A model generated the notes under the pieces. That model saw only the letters and a program-made list of their open reading frames with translations, had not been told where the DNA came from and ran no database searches. Positions 24,162 to 32,044 of a stretch of 32,044 nt of DNA are shown piece by piece. The translations under genes were made by a program, and so were the position numbers. The DNA is from an uncultured Acidimicrobiaceae bacterium (GTDB taxonomy: Bacteria; Actinomycetota; Acidimicrobiia; Spongiisociales; ZC4RG35), in the NCBI GenBank assembly GCA_964458055.1, contig CAYWGY010000002.1, forward strand, positions 1,508-33,551, in the 5' to 3' direction. The number at the start of each line of letters is the position of its first letter. The stretch's first letter is position 1.

Positions 24162-24763
24162 TGGTGTGGGTCAAGGTGTGCGGCCTCTCGGAGTTGTCGC
24201 ATGTGGAGGCGGCCGCGGATGCGGGCGCTGATGCCTTCGGGCTGGTCCTGGCCCGGGGCACACCGCGTTATATCACACCCGACAGGGCGCTGCTGCTGGC
24301 GGAGGCCTCACCCATTCCGGGCATTCTGGTGACGGTGGACGAGACCCCCGAGGCATTGATGCAGATGGCCCGGAGAGTGGGCGCCGCCGGGGTGCAGCCC
24401 CACGGCAAATACCAGGTCGAGGCGGCCCGGGCGGCTGTCCATGGCGGGCTGATGGTGCTCCGTCCGGTCAAGGTGGGCGCCGGGCCGATCTCTGTGAGTC
24501 ACGTGCCCGAAGCCCAGATTCCGATCCTCGACACCGCCGACGCCCGCCGCCACGGGGGCACCGGTCGCACCTTCGATCACGATCGGTTGCCCGAGATCGG
24601 GCGCAGATGGGTTTTGGCCGGAGGTTTGGGGCCACATAATGTTGCACAGGCGGTGAAAAACCTCCAACCCTGGGGCGTCGACGCTTCCTCTCATCTAGAG
24701 TCGGCCCTGGGAGTCAAGGATCCCGCACTGATACGCACGTTCGTGAAAGAGGCCAAAAGGTGA
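24161..24763 (+). CDS. trpF: phosphoribosylanthranilate isomerase
   Basis: Internal ATG of ORF 23753..24763, overlapping the trpC stop (TGATG at 24159-24163). [10 protein letters not shown]...ADAFGLV...PRYI...GVQPHG...ILDT....GGTGRTFD...VLAGGL.P.NV is the TrpF pattern. About 200 aa. Confidence 0.85.
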   Translation: MVWVKVCGLSELSHVEAAADAGADAFGLVLARGTPRYITPDRALLLAEASPIPGILVTVDETPEALMQMARRVGAAGVQPHGKYQVEAARAAVHGGLMVLRPVKVGAGPISVSHVPEAQIPILDTADARRHGGTGRTFDHDRLPEIGRRWVLAGGLGPHNVAQAVKNLQPWGVDASSHLESALGVKDPALIRTFVKEAKR

Positions 24764-25932
24764 TGAAACCCCGACTGCACCGTCCCGACGGCAGGGGACG
24801 TTTCGGCGAATACGGAGGGCGGTTCGCTCCCGAGACCTTGATGTCGGCGCTGGAGGAACTGGAAGAAGAGTTCACCGCCGCCTGGGCGGATCCCCTGTTC
24901 GTCGGAGAGTATCACCGGCTGCTGGAGTTGTACGTGGGCAGGCCAACTCCTCTCTATCCGGCTCACCGTCTGAGCGAGAAGTTGGGTGTGGACGTGTGGC
25001 TGAAACGAGAGGACCTGGCTCACACCGGCGCCCACAAGATCAACAACGCCTTGGGCCAGGGGCTCCTGGCCCACCGGATGGGCAAGCCCAGGATCATCGC
25101 CGAGACCGGCGCCGGTCAGCACGGCGTCGCCACCGCCACCGCCGCCGCCGTTCTGGGATTGGAGTGCCAGGTCTACATGGGGGTGGTCGATATCCGCCGG
25201 CAGGCTCCCAACGTCTCCCGGATGCAGATACTCGGCGCCGACGTGATAGGGGTTGAGTCGGGAGCGGGAACCCTCAAGGACGCGGTGAGCGAGGCCATGC
25301 GGGACTGGGCTCGGACCGTCGAGGACACCCAGTATGTCATCGGGTCGGTGGTGGGTCCCCACCCTTTCCCCTGGATGGTCCGGGAATTGCAGAAGGTGAT
25401 CGGGGAGGAGATCCTCCGCCAGTCCGAGCAGTTGCCGGATGTGGCGGTGGCCTGTGTGGGAGGCGGATCGAACGCCATCGGGATGTTCTGGCCTCTGGCG
25501 GGAACGGGAGTGGAGTTGGTTGGAGTCGAGGCCGGGGGCGAGGGTGTCTCGACAAGTCGGCACGGCGCATCCATCGGCGCCGGAAGCCCCGGAATCCTGC
25601 ACGGCGCCCTCACCTACATGCTCCAGGATGACGACGGGCAGGTCCTGGAGGCCCATTCCATCTCTGCGGGTCTCGACTACCCGGGGGTGGGCCCCGAGCA
25701 CTCCTACTTCCATGAAGCCGGTCTGGCGCGCTACGTCTCGATCACCGATCGTGAGGCGCTGGAGGGAGTGCAGTTGCTGGCCACGACCGAAGGGATCATT
25801 CCCGCCTTGGAGAGCGCCCATGCATTGGCATGGGTGGCCAAGGAGTCTGCGGCTCTGCGCCACCAGACGGTGCTTATCAACCTCTCGGGAAGGGGCGACA
25901 AGGATATGGAGATGTTGGTGGAGCGCCTATGA
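24763..25932 (+). CDS. trpB: tryptophan synthase beta chain
   Basis: [15 protein letters not shown] and the PLP-lysine motif [13 protein letters not shown], plus GGGSNAIG. The start is ATG 24763 (or GTG 24760), overlapping the trpF stop. Confidence 0.95.
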   Translation: MKPRLHRPDGRGRFGEYGGRFAPETLMSALEELEEEFTAAWADPLFVGEYHRLLELYVGRPTPLYPAHRLSEKLGVDVWLKREDLAHTGAHKINNALGQGLLAHRMGKPRIIAETGAGQHGVATATAAAVLGLECQVYMGVVDIRRQAPNVSRMQILGADVIGVESGAGTLKDAVSEAMRDWARTVEDTQYVIGSVVGPHPFPWMVRELQKVIGEEILRQSEQLPDVAVACVGGGSNAIGMFWPLAGTGVELVGVEAGGEGVSTSRHGASIGAGSPGILHGALTYMLQDDDGQVLEAHSISAGLDYPGVGPEHSYFHEAGLARYVSITDREALEGVQLLATTEGIIPALESAHALAWVAKESAALRHQTVLINLSGRGDKDMEMLVERL

Positions 25933-26780
25933 GTCACAGGCGTCGCAGAGAGTCGGCCATGGCAGCCAGCATGCGGTCGGGGGCAGAGAGGATCACCGAC
26001 CTGTTCACAAGGGCCCGGGCTGACAATCGCTCGGTCTTCCTTCCATTTCTCACGGCCGGATTGCCCGACCCGCTCTCATCACCGGAGATGTTCCGGGCGA
26101 TGGCCGATGCCGGCGCCGACGGATTCGAAGTCGGCATTCCCTACTCCGACCCGTTGATGGACGGGCCGGTGATCTGCCGGGGAAGCGAGCAGGCCATCGC
26201 TGCCGGGGCGAGCCTTGACAGGAGTCTCGCCATTCTCGGAGAGGTGGCCGAGACCACGTCGTTGCCCTCTCTGGCGATGACCTACGCCAATCCGGTATTC
26301 CGCCGCGGCACCGACTGGTTCTGCGACCGCTTGGCGGAGACGGGTGCTGCGGGGATGATCGTCGCCGATCTGCCGTTCGATGAAGCCGGGCCCCTGGGTG
26401 AGTCGGCCCGCCGTCACGGCTTGGCTCTGGTCCTGTTCCTGGCGATAACCTCCAGCTACCGGCGGATCAAAGCGGTTGCCGACGCTGAGCCGGCCTTCAT
26501 CTATGCGGTGGCCAACCTCGGAGTCACCGGGGAGAGGAGCGAGTGGAGCAGCCGGGTGGAGGAGATGGTGGGGCGCATCCGGGAGGTAACCGACATTCCG
26601 GTGGTGCTCGGGGTAGGGATCTCCAATGCCGAACAGGCCGCCATCGCGGCCAGATTGGCTGACGGTTTCATCGTGGGAACGGCCCTGGTGCGAAGGGTCC
26701 TCGAATCGTCCGGTCCCGAAGACGCCGCCCTTTCGCTGTCATCTGCCGTGGAGGAGATGGCCGAAGCGGCGCGTAGGTGA
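25929..26780 (+). CDS. trpA: tryptophan synthase alpha chain
   Basis: ATG at 25929 overlaps the trpB stop (ATGA). [37 protein letters not shown] and VGFGIS-like VVLGVGIS. The alternative starts at 25959 and 25971 would remove a basic N-terminal extension. Confidence 0.9.
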   Translation: MSHRRRRESAMAASMRSGAERITDLFTRARADNRSVFLPFLTAGLPDPLSSPEMFRAMADAGADGFEVGIPYSDPLMDGPVICRGSEQAIAAGASLDRSLAILGEVAETTSLPSLAMTYANPVFRRGTDWFCDRLAETGAAGMIVADLPFDEAGPLGESARRHGLALVLFLAITSSYRRIKAVADAEPAFIYAVANLGVTGERSEWSSRVEEMVGRIREVTDIPVVLGVGISNAEQAAIAARLADGFIVGTALVRRVLESSGPEDAALSLSSAVEEMAEAARR

Positions 26781-26907
26781 ACAGAGCAGGTTTGTTCCTG
26801 CGAGATCCTGCACCGTGGAGGCATCCCGCTGCGGAAAACCTGGACATAAGGCTCTGTCCGACCCTAATGTGGTCAGCAGGAGGATTTTAGGTTTGAAAGG
26901 GAGCAAA

Positions 26908-28980
26908 ATGGAGCGCACACTGGTTCTTGCGGTGGCGGCGATGTTGGTGGCGGCCTGTGGCGCGGATGGGGACGGCGCCATTCCCGAGACCACGACCACT
27001 GCAGCAATCGGAGACACCACCGCAACCACCACAGACACAACCGCCGGGGATCAACCCGCCTCCACCACCCGTCCGGAAACTCCCTCAACCGGGGCCGGCG
27101 GGGATCCGACGCTGGTAACAGTGGGACTGCGGACATTCAGCAACTGCGATGCCATTCTCGACTACTACATCGAGAACGCCCTGGAGTTGGTGGGGCCATA
27201 CGGCTTGGGAGGAGGTCCCGTCCACTTCGGTGAAGTCAGGGAAGAGGCGATGGCGGAGGCAGCCATGGCCGATGACTCGGCGGCCGGCACTCAGACTTCA
27301 GGGTCTCAGCCTTCCTTCACCGGCACCAACGTTCAGGTAGCCGGAGTCGACGAGGCCGATCTGGTCAAGACCGATGGCCGGTACATCTACTCACTGGTTG
27401 ATACCCAGAACCGGCTGCGAATTGTCGAGGTCGGCGAGGGAGCGGCGAGACTGCGATCCTCCCTCAGCGTTGGTTTCCAACCACGTGAAATGCTCTTGTA
27501 CGGGGACACCTTGCTGTTGTTGGCTGCCGAGTACCGGGTGGGACCGGTCACCCGAATCGCCCAGGTCGACATCTCCGATCGCGGGTCGCCGGAGGTGGTG
27601 GCGGATCTCAGCATCGACGGTACCTACAACGGCGCCCGCCTGTCAGGCGGCACGGCCCGGGTGGTGATCACCTCCAATCCGGTGGGCATCGAGTGGGAGC
27701 GTCCCCGTGGGAGCGGCCTCAGGGCCGAACAGGAGGCGATCGAGGCCAACCGGGAGTTGGTGAGAGACTCCACCCTCGGCAATTGGCTGCCCGCCTACGT
27801 TCTGGAGGATGAGGACGGCGGCGATCCCCAGTGGGGACAACTGGTGGATTGTGAGAACGTGTTGGGGCCGGGGGTCTTCTCGGGACTCAACACCCTCTCC
27901 ATCCTGGTCTTCGATCTCTCCGATGGCATCGGTGACTGGAAGGCGGCCAGCGTGGTGGCGGAGGGCGACACCATCTACGCCACCGCCGACACTGTTTATG
28001 TGGCCACCTCCCGGTGGGTCAACTGGGCCGCGCTCTCCGAAGCTGACATCAGATCGGAGTCATCACGTTACAACACCCTGATCCACAAGTTCGACACGTC
28101 GCGTGCCGAGCATCCCGTCTATGAGGCCAGCGGAGAGATCGCGGGGTTCCTGCTAAACCAGTTCTCGATGGATGAGTACCGGGGGGACCTGCGAGTGGCG
28201 GCCACCACCTCACCATCCTGGTGGTGGTCGGAGGAGTCCGAGAGTCACGTTACCGTGCTCCGTCCCGACGGCAACCTGCTGGAGGAGATCGGATCGGTGT
28301 GGGGCCTGGGGGAGGGCGAACGGATCTTCTCGGTCCGATTCATGGGGCCAGACGCCTACGTGGTGACCTTCCGGCAGGTCGATCCTCTTTACGCGCTGGA
28401 CCTCTCCGATCCGTCCGATCCCGAGTTGCTGGGGCAACTCAAGATACCGGGATTCTCCTCATACCTGCATCCGGTCGGGGATGATCTCTTGCTTGGAGTG
28501 GGCCAGGATGCCTCGCTGGAAGGCAGGGTCGAGGGTCTGCAGGTCTCTCTGTTTGATGTCTCCGATCCCACCGATCCCATCCGCGTGGCTCAGGTCCGGC
28601 CTCTGGATGGCGAGGGATCCGAACCCGAGCACAGTTGGTCGCCCGTTCAAGGAGATCATCGGGCGTTCCTGTACTTTGACGGCGTAGCATTCGTCCCCTA
28701 TTGGGCCTACTGGTGGGATGACGATTACCAACAGGATGTCGGCGTGGCGGCAATCGCGGTGGAGTCCTCCGATCTGGTGCTGGAGGATCTTTTGCGCCCG
28801 ATCGCTGACGGGCCGGTGGGAGAGAAGTCCCCGGATCTCAGGAGAAAGGTGGAACAGGCCGATCCCGCCAGGGTCGTCATCATTGATGATTGGGTTTATT
28901 CGGTGACGCCGATCGGCATTGCGGTCCACGAGATGGACACCTGGGAGCGAGTCTCCTTTTCCGAATACCCCACCCGCTAG
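26908..28980 (+). CDS. lipoprotein with C-terminal beta-propeller domain (COG4880/Beta_propel family)
   Basis: Internal ATG after GGGAG. MERTLVLAVAAMLVAACG has a lipobox (LVAAC). A Thr/Pro-rich linker follows, then VAGVDEADLVKTDGRYIY and RIFSVRFMGPDAYVVTFRQVDPLYALDLSDPSDPELLGQLKIPGFSSYLHP, characteristic of this secreted beta-propeller family. Confidence 0.8.
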   Translation: MERTLVLAVAAMLVAACGADGDGAIPETTTTAAIGDTTATTTDTTAGDQPASTTRPETPSTGAGGDPTLVTVGLRTFSNCDAILDYYIENALELVGPYGLGGGPVHFGEVREEAMAEAAMADDSAAGTQTSGSQPSFTGTNVQVAGVDEADLVKTDGRYIYSLVDTQNRLRIVEVGEGAARLRSSLSVGFQPREMLLYGDTLLLLAAEYRVGPVTRIAQVDISDRGSPEVVADLSIDGTYNGARLSGGTARVVITSNPVGIEWERPRGSGLRAEQEAIEANRELVRDSTLGNWLPAYVLEDEDGGDPQWGQLVDCENVLGPGVFSGLNTLSILVFDLSDGIGDWKAASVVAEGDTIYATADTVYVATSRWVNWAALSEADIRSESSRYNTLIHKFDTSRAEHPVYEASGEIAGFLLNQFSMDEYRGDLRVAATTSPSWWWSEESESHVTVLRPDGNLLEEIGSVWGLGEGERIFSVRFMGPDAYVVTFRQVDPLYALDLSDPSDPELLGQLKIPGFSSYLHPVGDDLLLGVGQDASLEGRVEGLQVSLFDVSDPTDPIRVAQVRPLDGEGSEPEHSWSPVQGDHRAFLYFDGVAFVPYWAYWWDDDYQQDVGVAAIAVESSDLVLEDLLRPIADGPVGEKSPDLRRKVEQADPARVVIIDDWVYSVTPIGIAVHEMDTWERVSFSEYPTR

Positions 28981-29063
28981 GCCCGGTCCGTGACGAATGG
29001 GTGCCAGCACGGCTGTGGATGGGGCCGGAGGAGTTTTGAGGGGATTGTTATCGGATTATTGCC

Positions 29064-29099
29064 TATTTCGCGAAAAATAGCATTTGTATCGCGAAACAA
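29064..29099. promoter_or_regulatory. two TCGCGA-centred palindromes 21 bp apart (candidate tandem operator)
   Basis: TTTCGCGAAA (29066-29075) is a perfect 10-bp palindrome. TTGTATCGCGAAACAA (29084-29099) is an imperfect 16-bp palindrome. The 8-mer TCGCGAAA occurs in both, with centres 21 bp apart. Both lie in an AT-rich patch between the lipoprotein gene and the enoyl-CoA hydratase gene. Confidence 0.35.
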
Positions 29100-29326
29100 A
29101 TATCAAGCCTGAAGACTGGCCTCTGATCGGCAATTCGACACCTTGCCGACAGGAGAATTGAGCCGATGCCAACCGCACGAGCGACCGATCGCGGTCTGTG
29201 ATAAAGACGTGCCGGACGGGCTGTCCGAGGTATGAAGGCCCGCGGGAGTGACCCGCCGGATCGATTTCAAGGCGTGTAATCTCGGTGGCGTCCCATGGTT
29301 GCTACCCAAGTGATGGAGGCTGGCTG

Positions 29327-30097
29327 ATGTCGATGGTCGAATACTCGGTGCAGGGAGCGGTTGCGGTTGTCCGCCTGAACCGGCCCCCGGTGAATGCCCT
29401 GTCAGTGGAGTTGTCGAGAGAGTTGAACGAGGCCTTCGGCAGAGCAGAGGACCCCTCCGTCAGGGCGGTGGTGGTGACCGGCCACCCTCACTTCGCGGCG
29501 GGAGCGGACATAAAGGGCTTCCAGGTCTCCCACGAAGCGGGAGTCATCAAGGAGAACCTGGCATCGGAGTTGGTGGATGCCATCTGGCGCCTTGAGGGTT
29601 TGGCCAAACCCACAATTGCCGCCATCTCCGGATATGCCCTGGGCGGGGGACTGGAGTTGTCCATGGGTTGTGATTTCCGCTACCTGGCAGAAGACGCCCA
29701 GGTAGGGCAGCCGGAAATAAAGCTGGGCATTATCCCCGGGGCGGGAGGAACCCAGAGGCTCGCGAGAATCATCGGTTTCCAACATGCCAAGGAGATCGTC
29801 TACTCGGGTAGGTTTGTGACGGCATCCGAGGCACTGGCTATGGGTCTTGCCGACAAGGTGTTCCCGGCCGACGAATTGCTGGCAAGGACCATCGAAGATG
29901 CACAACGGTGGGCTAAAGGACCAACCGTTGCTTTGGGGGCTGCAAAACGGGCGCTGATCGGCGGGTTCGGACTCCACCTGCGGGAGGCGATGGAGGTCGA
30001 GCGAAGCGCTTTCCAGGATTGTTTCTGGAGTGACGACGCCCGAGAAGGAGTGTCTGCCTTTATCGAGAAGAGAAAGGCCAGCTTCGGGGGGACCTAA
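29327..30097 (+). CDS. enoyl-CoA hydratase/isomerase (crotonase family)
   Basis: VAVVRLNRPPVNAL, FAAGADIK, and the oxyanion/catalytic region GYALGGGLELSMGCDFR with PEIKLGIIPGAGGTQRL. ATG at 29327, 7 nt after GGAGG. Confidence 0.88.
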   Translation: MSMVEYSVQGAVAVVRLNRPPVNALSVELSRELNEAFGRAEDPSVRAVVVTGHPHFAAGADIKGFQVSHEAGVIKENLASELVDAIWRLEGLAKPTIAAISGYALGGGLELSMGCDFRYLAEDAQVGQPEIKLGIIPGAGGTQRLARIIGFQHAKEIVYSGRFVTASEALAMGLADKVFPADELLARTIEDAQRWAKGPTVALGAAKRALIGGFGLHLREAMEVERSAFQDCFWSDDAREGVSAFIEKRKASFGGT

Positions 30098-30546
30098 GTT
30101 CCGACCTCCTCGGCTGCTTCTGCCCATCGTCGGAATCTCTCCAGGTTGGCTTGGAAGATGCGGCGTAGCACCGGCCGCGCAAGCAACTCGGTAACCGCGC
30201 CACCCATGTACCAGGGGAATCGGAGTTGTTCCAGGAGGGTCAGCGTCGTCAAGGCATGATTGTCGGCGAGGTCGAACCGTCCCCATCCGCTTACCCTTCC
30301 CACATGCTGGACACCGATGCGGCGGCCATCAACCCATTCATCCACCTCCATGCGGTCGATGACCCGCAAGGGCCCAACCCGGGTGGGAACTTCCATCCGG
30401 ACCCCGACTCCCCGTCGTTGGGGTGTCTCGAAACGAATGCCCAAGGCATCGCTCATCCACTCCGAGTGTGAGGAGAGGTCAGACAGCCTTCTCCAGACAG
30501 CGTCCGCCGGCAGAGCAACGTCGACCGACGCTTCTACGGGTTGCAT
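30094..30546 (-). CDS. SRPBCC (START/polyketide-cyclase-like) family protein
   Basis: 150 aa. The N-terminus VEASVDVALPADAVWRRLSDLSSHSEWM is typical of SRPBCC ligand-binding proteins. Its stop overlaps the convergent crotonase stop. Confidence 0.7.
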   Translation of the reverse strand: MQPVEASVDVALPADAVWRRLSDLSSHSEWMSDALGIRFETPQRRGVGVRMEVPTRVGPLRVIDRMEVDEWVDGRRIGVQHVGRVSGWGRFDLADNHALTTLTLLEQLRFPWYMGGAVTELLARPVLRRIFQANLERFRRWAEAAEEVGT

Positions 30547-31434
30547 TCCTTCCGAATCCAGTGAGGTGTTTCTTCCCTCTACGTAACTAATGATTACACA
30601 GAATAGGATTTAGTTGCAGATAGATAATAGTGCCTGAAGGGGGGTTGTAGCCATCTATGCAACTATTCAAAAGGTGACACCCTGAACCGGCTGTAGCCAA
30701 GCATGTCCGGTCAACGTGATAGCGCTTTCATGTCGCAGCAACTGCTGGAGATGTGCACAGGGAGAAAGGCTTCGCATCTCAAGCAGGCATATATACAATC
30801 TATCAGGAGGTTTGATGAGACGAGGATCAGCTACTGAGTTGGTACTACGCGGGGCAGGTCATTCGAGTTGCCCGTGTTCGTGGCATCCCTGAGAGAAAGC
30901 CGAGGTGGGTTCCATCTTGTGGGCAGGTGTTCTTTCGGGGTGGATAGGTAATTTCTCAAATGGCGGAGGAGGCGGTGGGGAGTGAGCACCGGGTGCAACA
31001 CATTTGTGGACGTTTCCTTTGTTTCAGTCGCACCCTTAGTAATGGACTCGCCAGCCCTCCTTGCCAGGTCGCAGGTATTTGACGGTGTTTTCGAGGGTCA
31101 ACGGGCGGATCAGGGGGTTGGTTTGGTGCTGGCTGACGGAGCCGCCGCCGGTGTCAATGCCACTCGGTTTGATGCGGATGGGACGGTGAAGTGACCATAG
31201 GCACCCAAGTTCTTGGTGACGGCCACCGACCCCACCACACCCGAGCGTCAAGGCTCGCTCCGCACCTCGTCGGCTCGCAGGGCCGGCGAAGCTGTTCCGG
31301 CGTTGGGAGACTTGGCAGACGACATCGGCTGTTGCGACTTCCTTTCCCGGCACCGCATCCTGGGTGTGGTGGAGGAGGATCACGCCGGGATTGGCCGGGA
31401 CAGGAACCGGGAGGCCCGCGTTTCGTGAATACGT

Positions 31435-31465
31435 TTGAACGAACCTGTCCACTTGATGGTATGAT
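31435..31465 (+). promoter_or_regulatory. candidate promoter for the tRNA-Gln/tRNA-Glu pair (TTGAAC-N19-TATGAT)
   Basis: TTGAAC at 31435-31440 and TATGAT at 31460-31465. The -10 ends 11 nt before the mature tRNA-Gln 5' end. The spacer is at the long end of the allowed range. Confidence 0.35.
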
Positions 31466-31476
31466 CTTGAACGCCC

Positions 31477-31548
31477 TCGGGGGTGGTGTAATTGGTAACA
31501 CGACAGGTTCTGGCCCTGTTATTGAGGGTTCGAGTCCTTCCCCCCGAG
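31477..31548 (+). tRNA. tRNA-Gln (anticodon CUG)
   Basis: Hand-folded cloverleaf:
- acceptor TCGGGGG/CCCCCGA (U1-A72) with G73 discriminator, as in bacterial tRNA-Gln
- D stem GTGT/ACAC
- anticodon stem ACAGG/CCTGT with loop TTCTGGC
- T arm GAGGG-TTCGAGT-CCTTC
CCA is not encoded. Confidence 0.9.
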
Positions 31549-31576
31549 CATGGGTCGGCTATTATCCGGCCTTGCT

Positions 31577-31652
31577 GGCCCCGTCGTCTAGTGGCCTAGG
31601 ACGCCGGCCTCTCAAGCCGGTAACGCCGGTTCGAATCCGGTCGGGGCTGCCA
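31577..31652 (+). tRNA. tRNA-Glu (anticodon CUC)
   Basis: Hand-folded cloverleaf:
- acceptor GGCCCCG/CGGGGCT (G1-U72 wobble)
- D stem GTCT/GGAC
- anticodon stem CCGGC/GCCGG with loop CTCTCAA
- T arm GCCGG-TTCGAAT-CCGGT
The discriminator is G and CCA is encoded. Confidence 0.9.
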
Positions 31653-32044
31653 TTGCTCGGCGTAGCCATTCGCTCCCGGAACAGCGGCCTTCTGGCTAGC
31701 TGCCGCCATCGTTCTGATCCATGCTCAGAGCCGTCACATCAGGTGCCGATGAACCTTCGAAGAGACCGTTTGCGAGGCCGAAAGGCCTTCTCGCATGCAG
31801 GCGAACCGTAGAGAAACGTCTAGCGACCTAGATCAGGTCCTAACATCCCTTGAAATCTTCCGGAAAACCTAACATAACTATAGGTGAGGTAAATCATGAT
31901 AAAACAGCAAACCCAAAGTAGCGCCGACTATCCGTCCGTAATCGACACTGCTGAAGTGGCGGAGTTGTTGCGGATGAACGTGCAGATGGTCCGCAAGTAC
32001 GCTCGCGAGGGTCGCCTTCCCGCCTACCAGTTGCCGGGGTCACG
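31653..32044 (+). mobile_element. probable edge of an integrated element adjacent to tRNA-Glu (partial, continues beyond window)
   Basis: Composition drops to visibly AT-richer DNA immediately 3' of tRNA-Glu. The tRNA 3' end GCCATTGCTC (31649-31658) has a near-repeat GCCATTCGCTC (31665-31675). The first gene is an excisionase-type HTH. No integrase is visible in the window. Confidence 0.35.
31896..32044 (+). CDS. excisionase/MerR-type helix-turn-helix (HTH_17-like) DNA-binding protein, 5' fragment
   Basis: My translation from the ATG at 31896 (GGTGAGG upstream) gives MIKQQTQSSADYPSVIDTAEVAELLRMNVQMVRKYAREGRLPAYQLPGS.... This fits the pattern lt..EaAelL.vs...v.r....G.lPa..lG of excisionase-family HTH proteins. 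The ORF is open to the window end, so it is absent from the ORF track. Confidence 0.6.
   Translation, partial: MIKQQTQSSADYPSVIDTAEVAELLRMNVQMVRKYAREGRLPAYQLPGS

Noticed and set aside
1275-25863. Many long antisense or out-of-frame ORFs in the track, for example 1275..2255(-), 3309..4343(-), 4443..5570(-), 6862..7935(+), 9942..10715(-), 16582..17694(-), 20493..21380(-), 22181..23545(-), 23753..24160(+ part) and 24691..25863(-).
   Set aside because: They overlap genes with strong family signatures on another frame or strand. Their translations are Arg/Pro/Gly/His-rich low-complexity strings, typical of stop-codon-poor shadow frames in high-GC DNA.
30815-30892. 25-codon mini-ORF (MRRGSATELVLRGAGHSSCPCSWHP) with a perfect AGGAGG upstream. 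Also a 44-codon ORF at 30703..30837.
   Set aside because: Both are too short to evaluate. The SD-to-ATG spacing is only 4 nt, and there is no comparative or family support.
31036-31452. 138-aa minus-strand ORF next to tRNA-Gln, considered as an integrase or toxin fragment.
   Set aside because: There are no tyrosine- or serine-recombinase, PIN, RelE or other motifs I can recognise. Its start region coincides with the predicted tRNA promoter. I kept it only as part of the AT-rich-region finding, not as an annotated CDS.
1-32044. Scanned for CRISPR-like regularly spaced repeats, rRNA, IS inverted repeats or transposase ORFs, and known defence-system gene signatures.
   Set aside because: No regularly spaced direct repeats and no transposase or integrase ORF lie inside the window. 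No helicase, nuclease, methylase or ATPase clusters are present. The only toxin-antitoxin element is the degraded vapBC.

Overview
GC-rich (by eye about two-thirds G+C, not computed), gene-dense chromosomal segment of actinobacterial type. GTG/TTG starts and 4-nt ATGA/GTGA start-stop overlaps are common. Most of it is ordinary core genome.

Gene order:
- Left: ileS 5' end (minus) | DUF167 | TraR/DksA zinc finger | lspA | RluA-family pseudouridine synthase | rhomboid protease | dnaE. This is the conserved actinobacterial ileS-lspA-rluD-dnaE neighbourhood.
- Middle: a convergent 833-aa secreted multi-domain protein of unknown function, a small hypothetical, a 539-aa fused ThyX-like protein, a small membrane protein, a PaaI thioesterase, nth, a MATE exporter and ccdA.
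- Right: trpE, then about 6 kb of non-trp genes, then trpC-trpF-trpB-trpA. The inserted genes are ygfZ-like, vapB, a frameshifted vapC, TPP-dependent E1 alpha/beta, an orphan 77-aa lipoyl domain, an SDR and a Hyi-type TIM-barrel isomerase.
- After trpA: a beta-propeller lipoprotein, an enoyl-CoA hydratase and a convergent SRPBCC protein.
- Far right: about 0.9 kb of visibly AT-richer, ORF-poor DNA, tRNA-Gln(CUG) and tRNA-Glu(CUC), then more AT-rich DNA ending in a truncated excisionase-type HTH gene. This is probably the edge of an integrated element.

No CRISPR array, rRNA or complete transposase was seen.

The most unusual items are:
- the E1ab + free lipoyl domain + SDR + isomerase module, which has no E2 core and no E3 and is embedded in the trp operon
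- the 833-aa secreted protein with tandem PPC-like domains and an unrecognised C-terminal repeat
- the tRNA-flanked AT-rich region

I cannot claim a clearly novel system from sequence alone.
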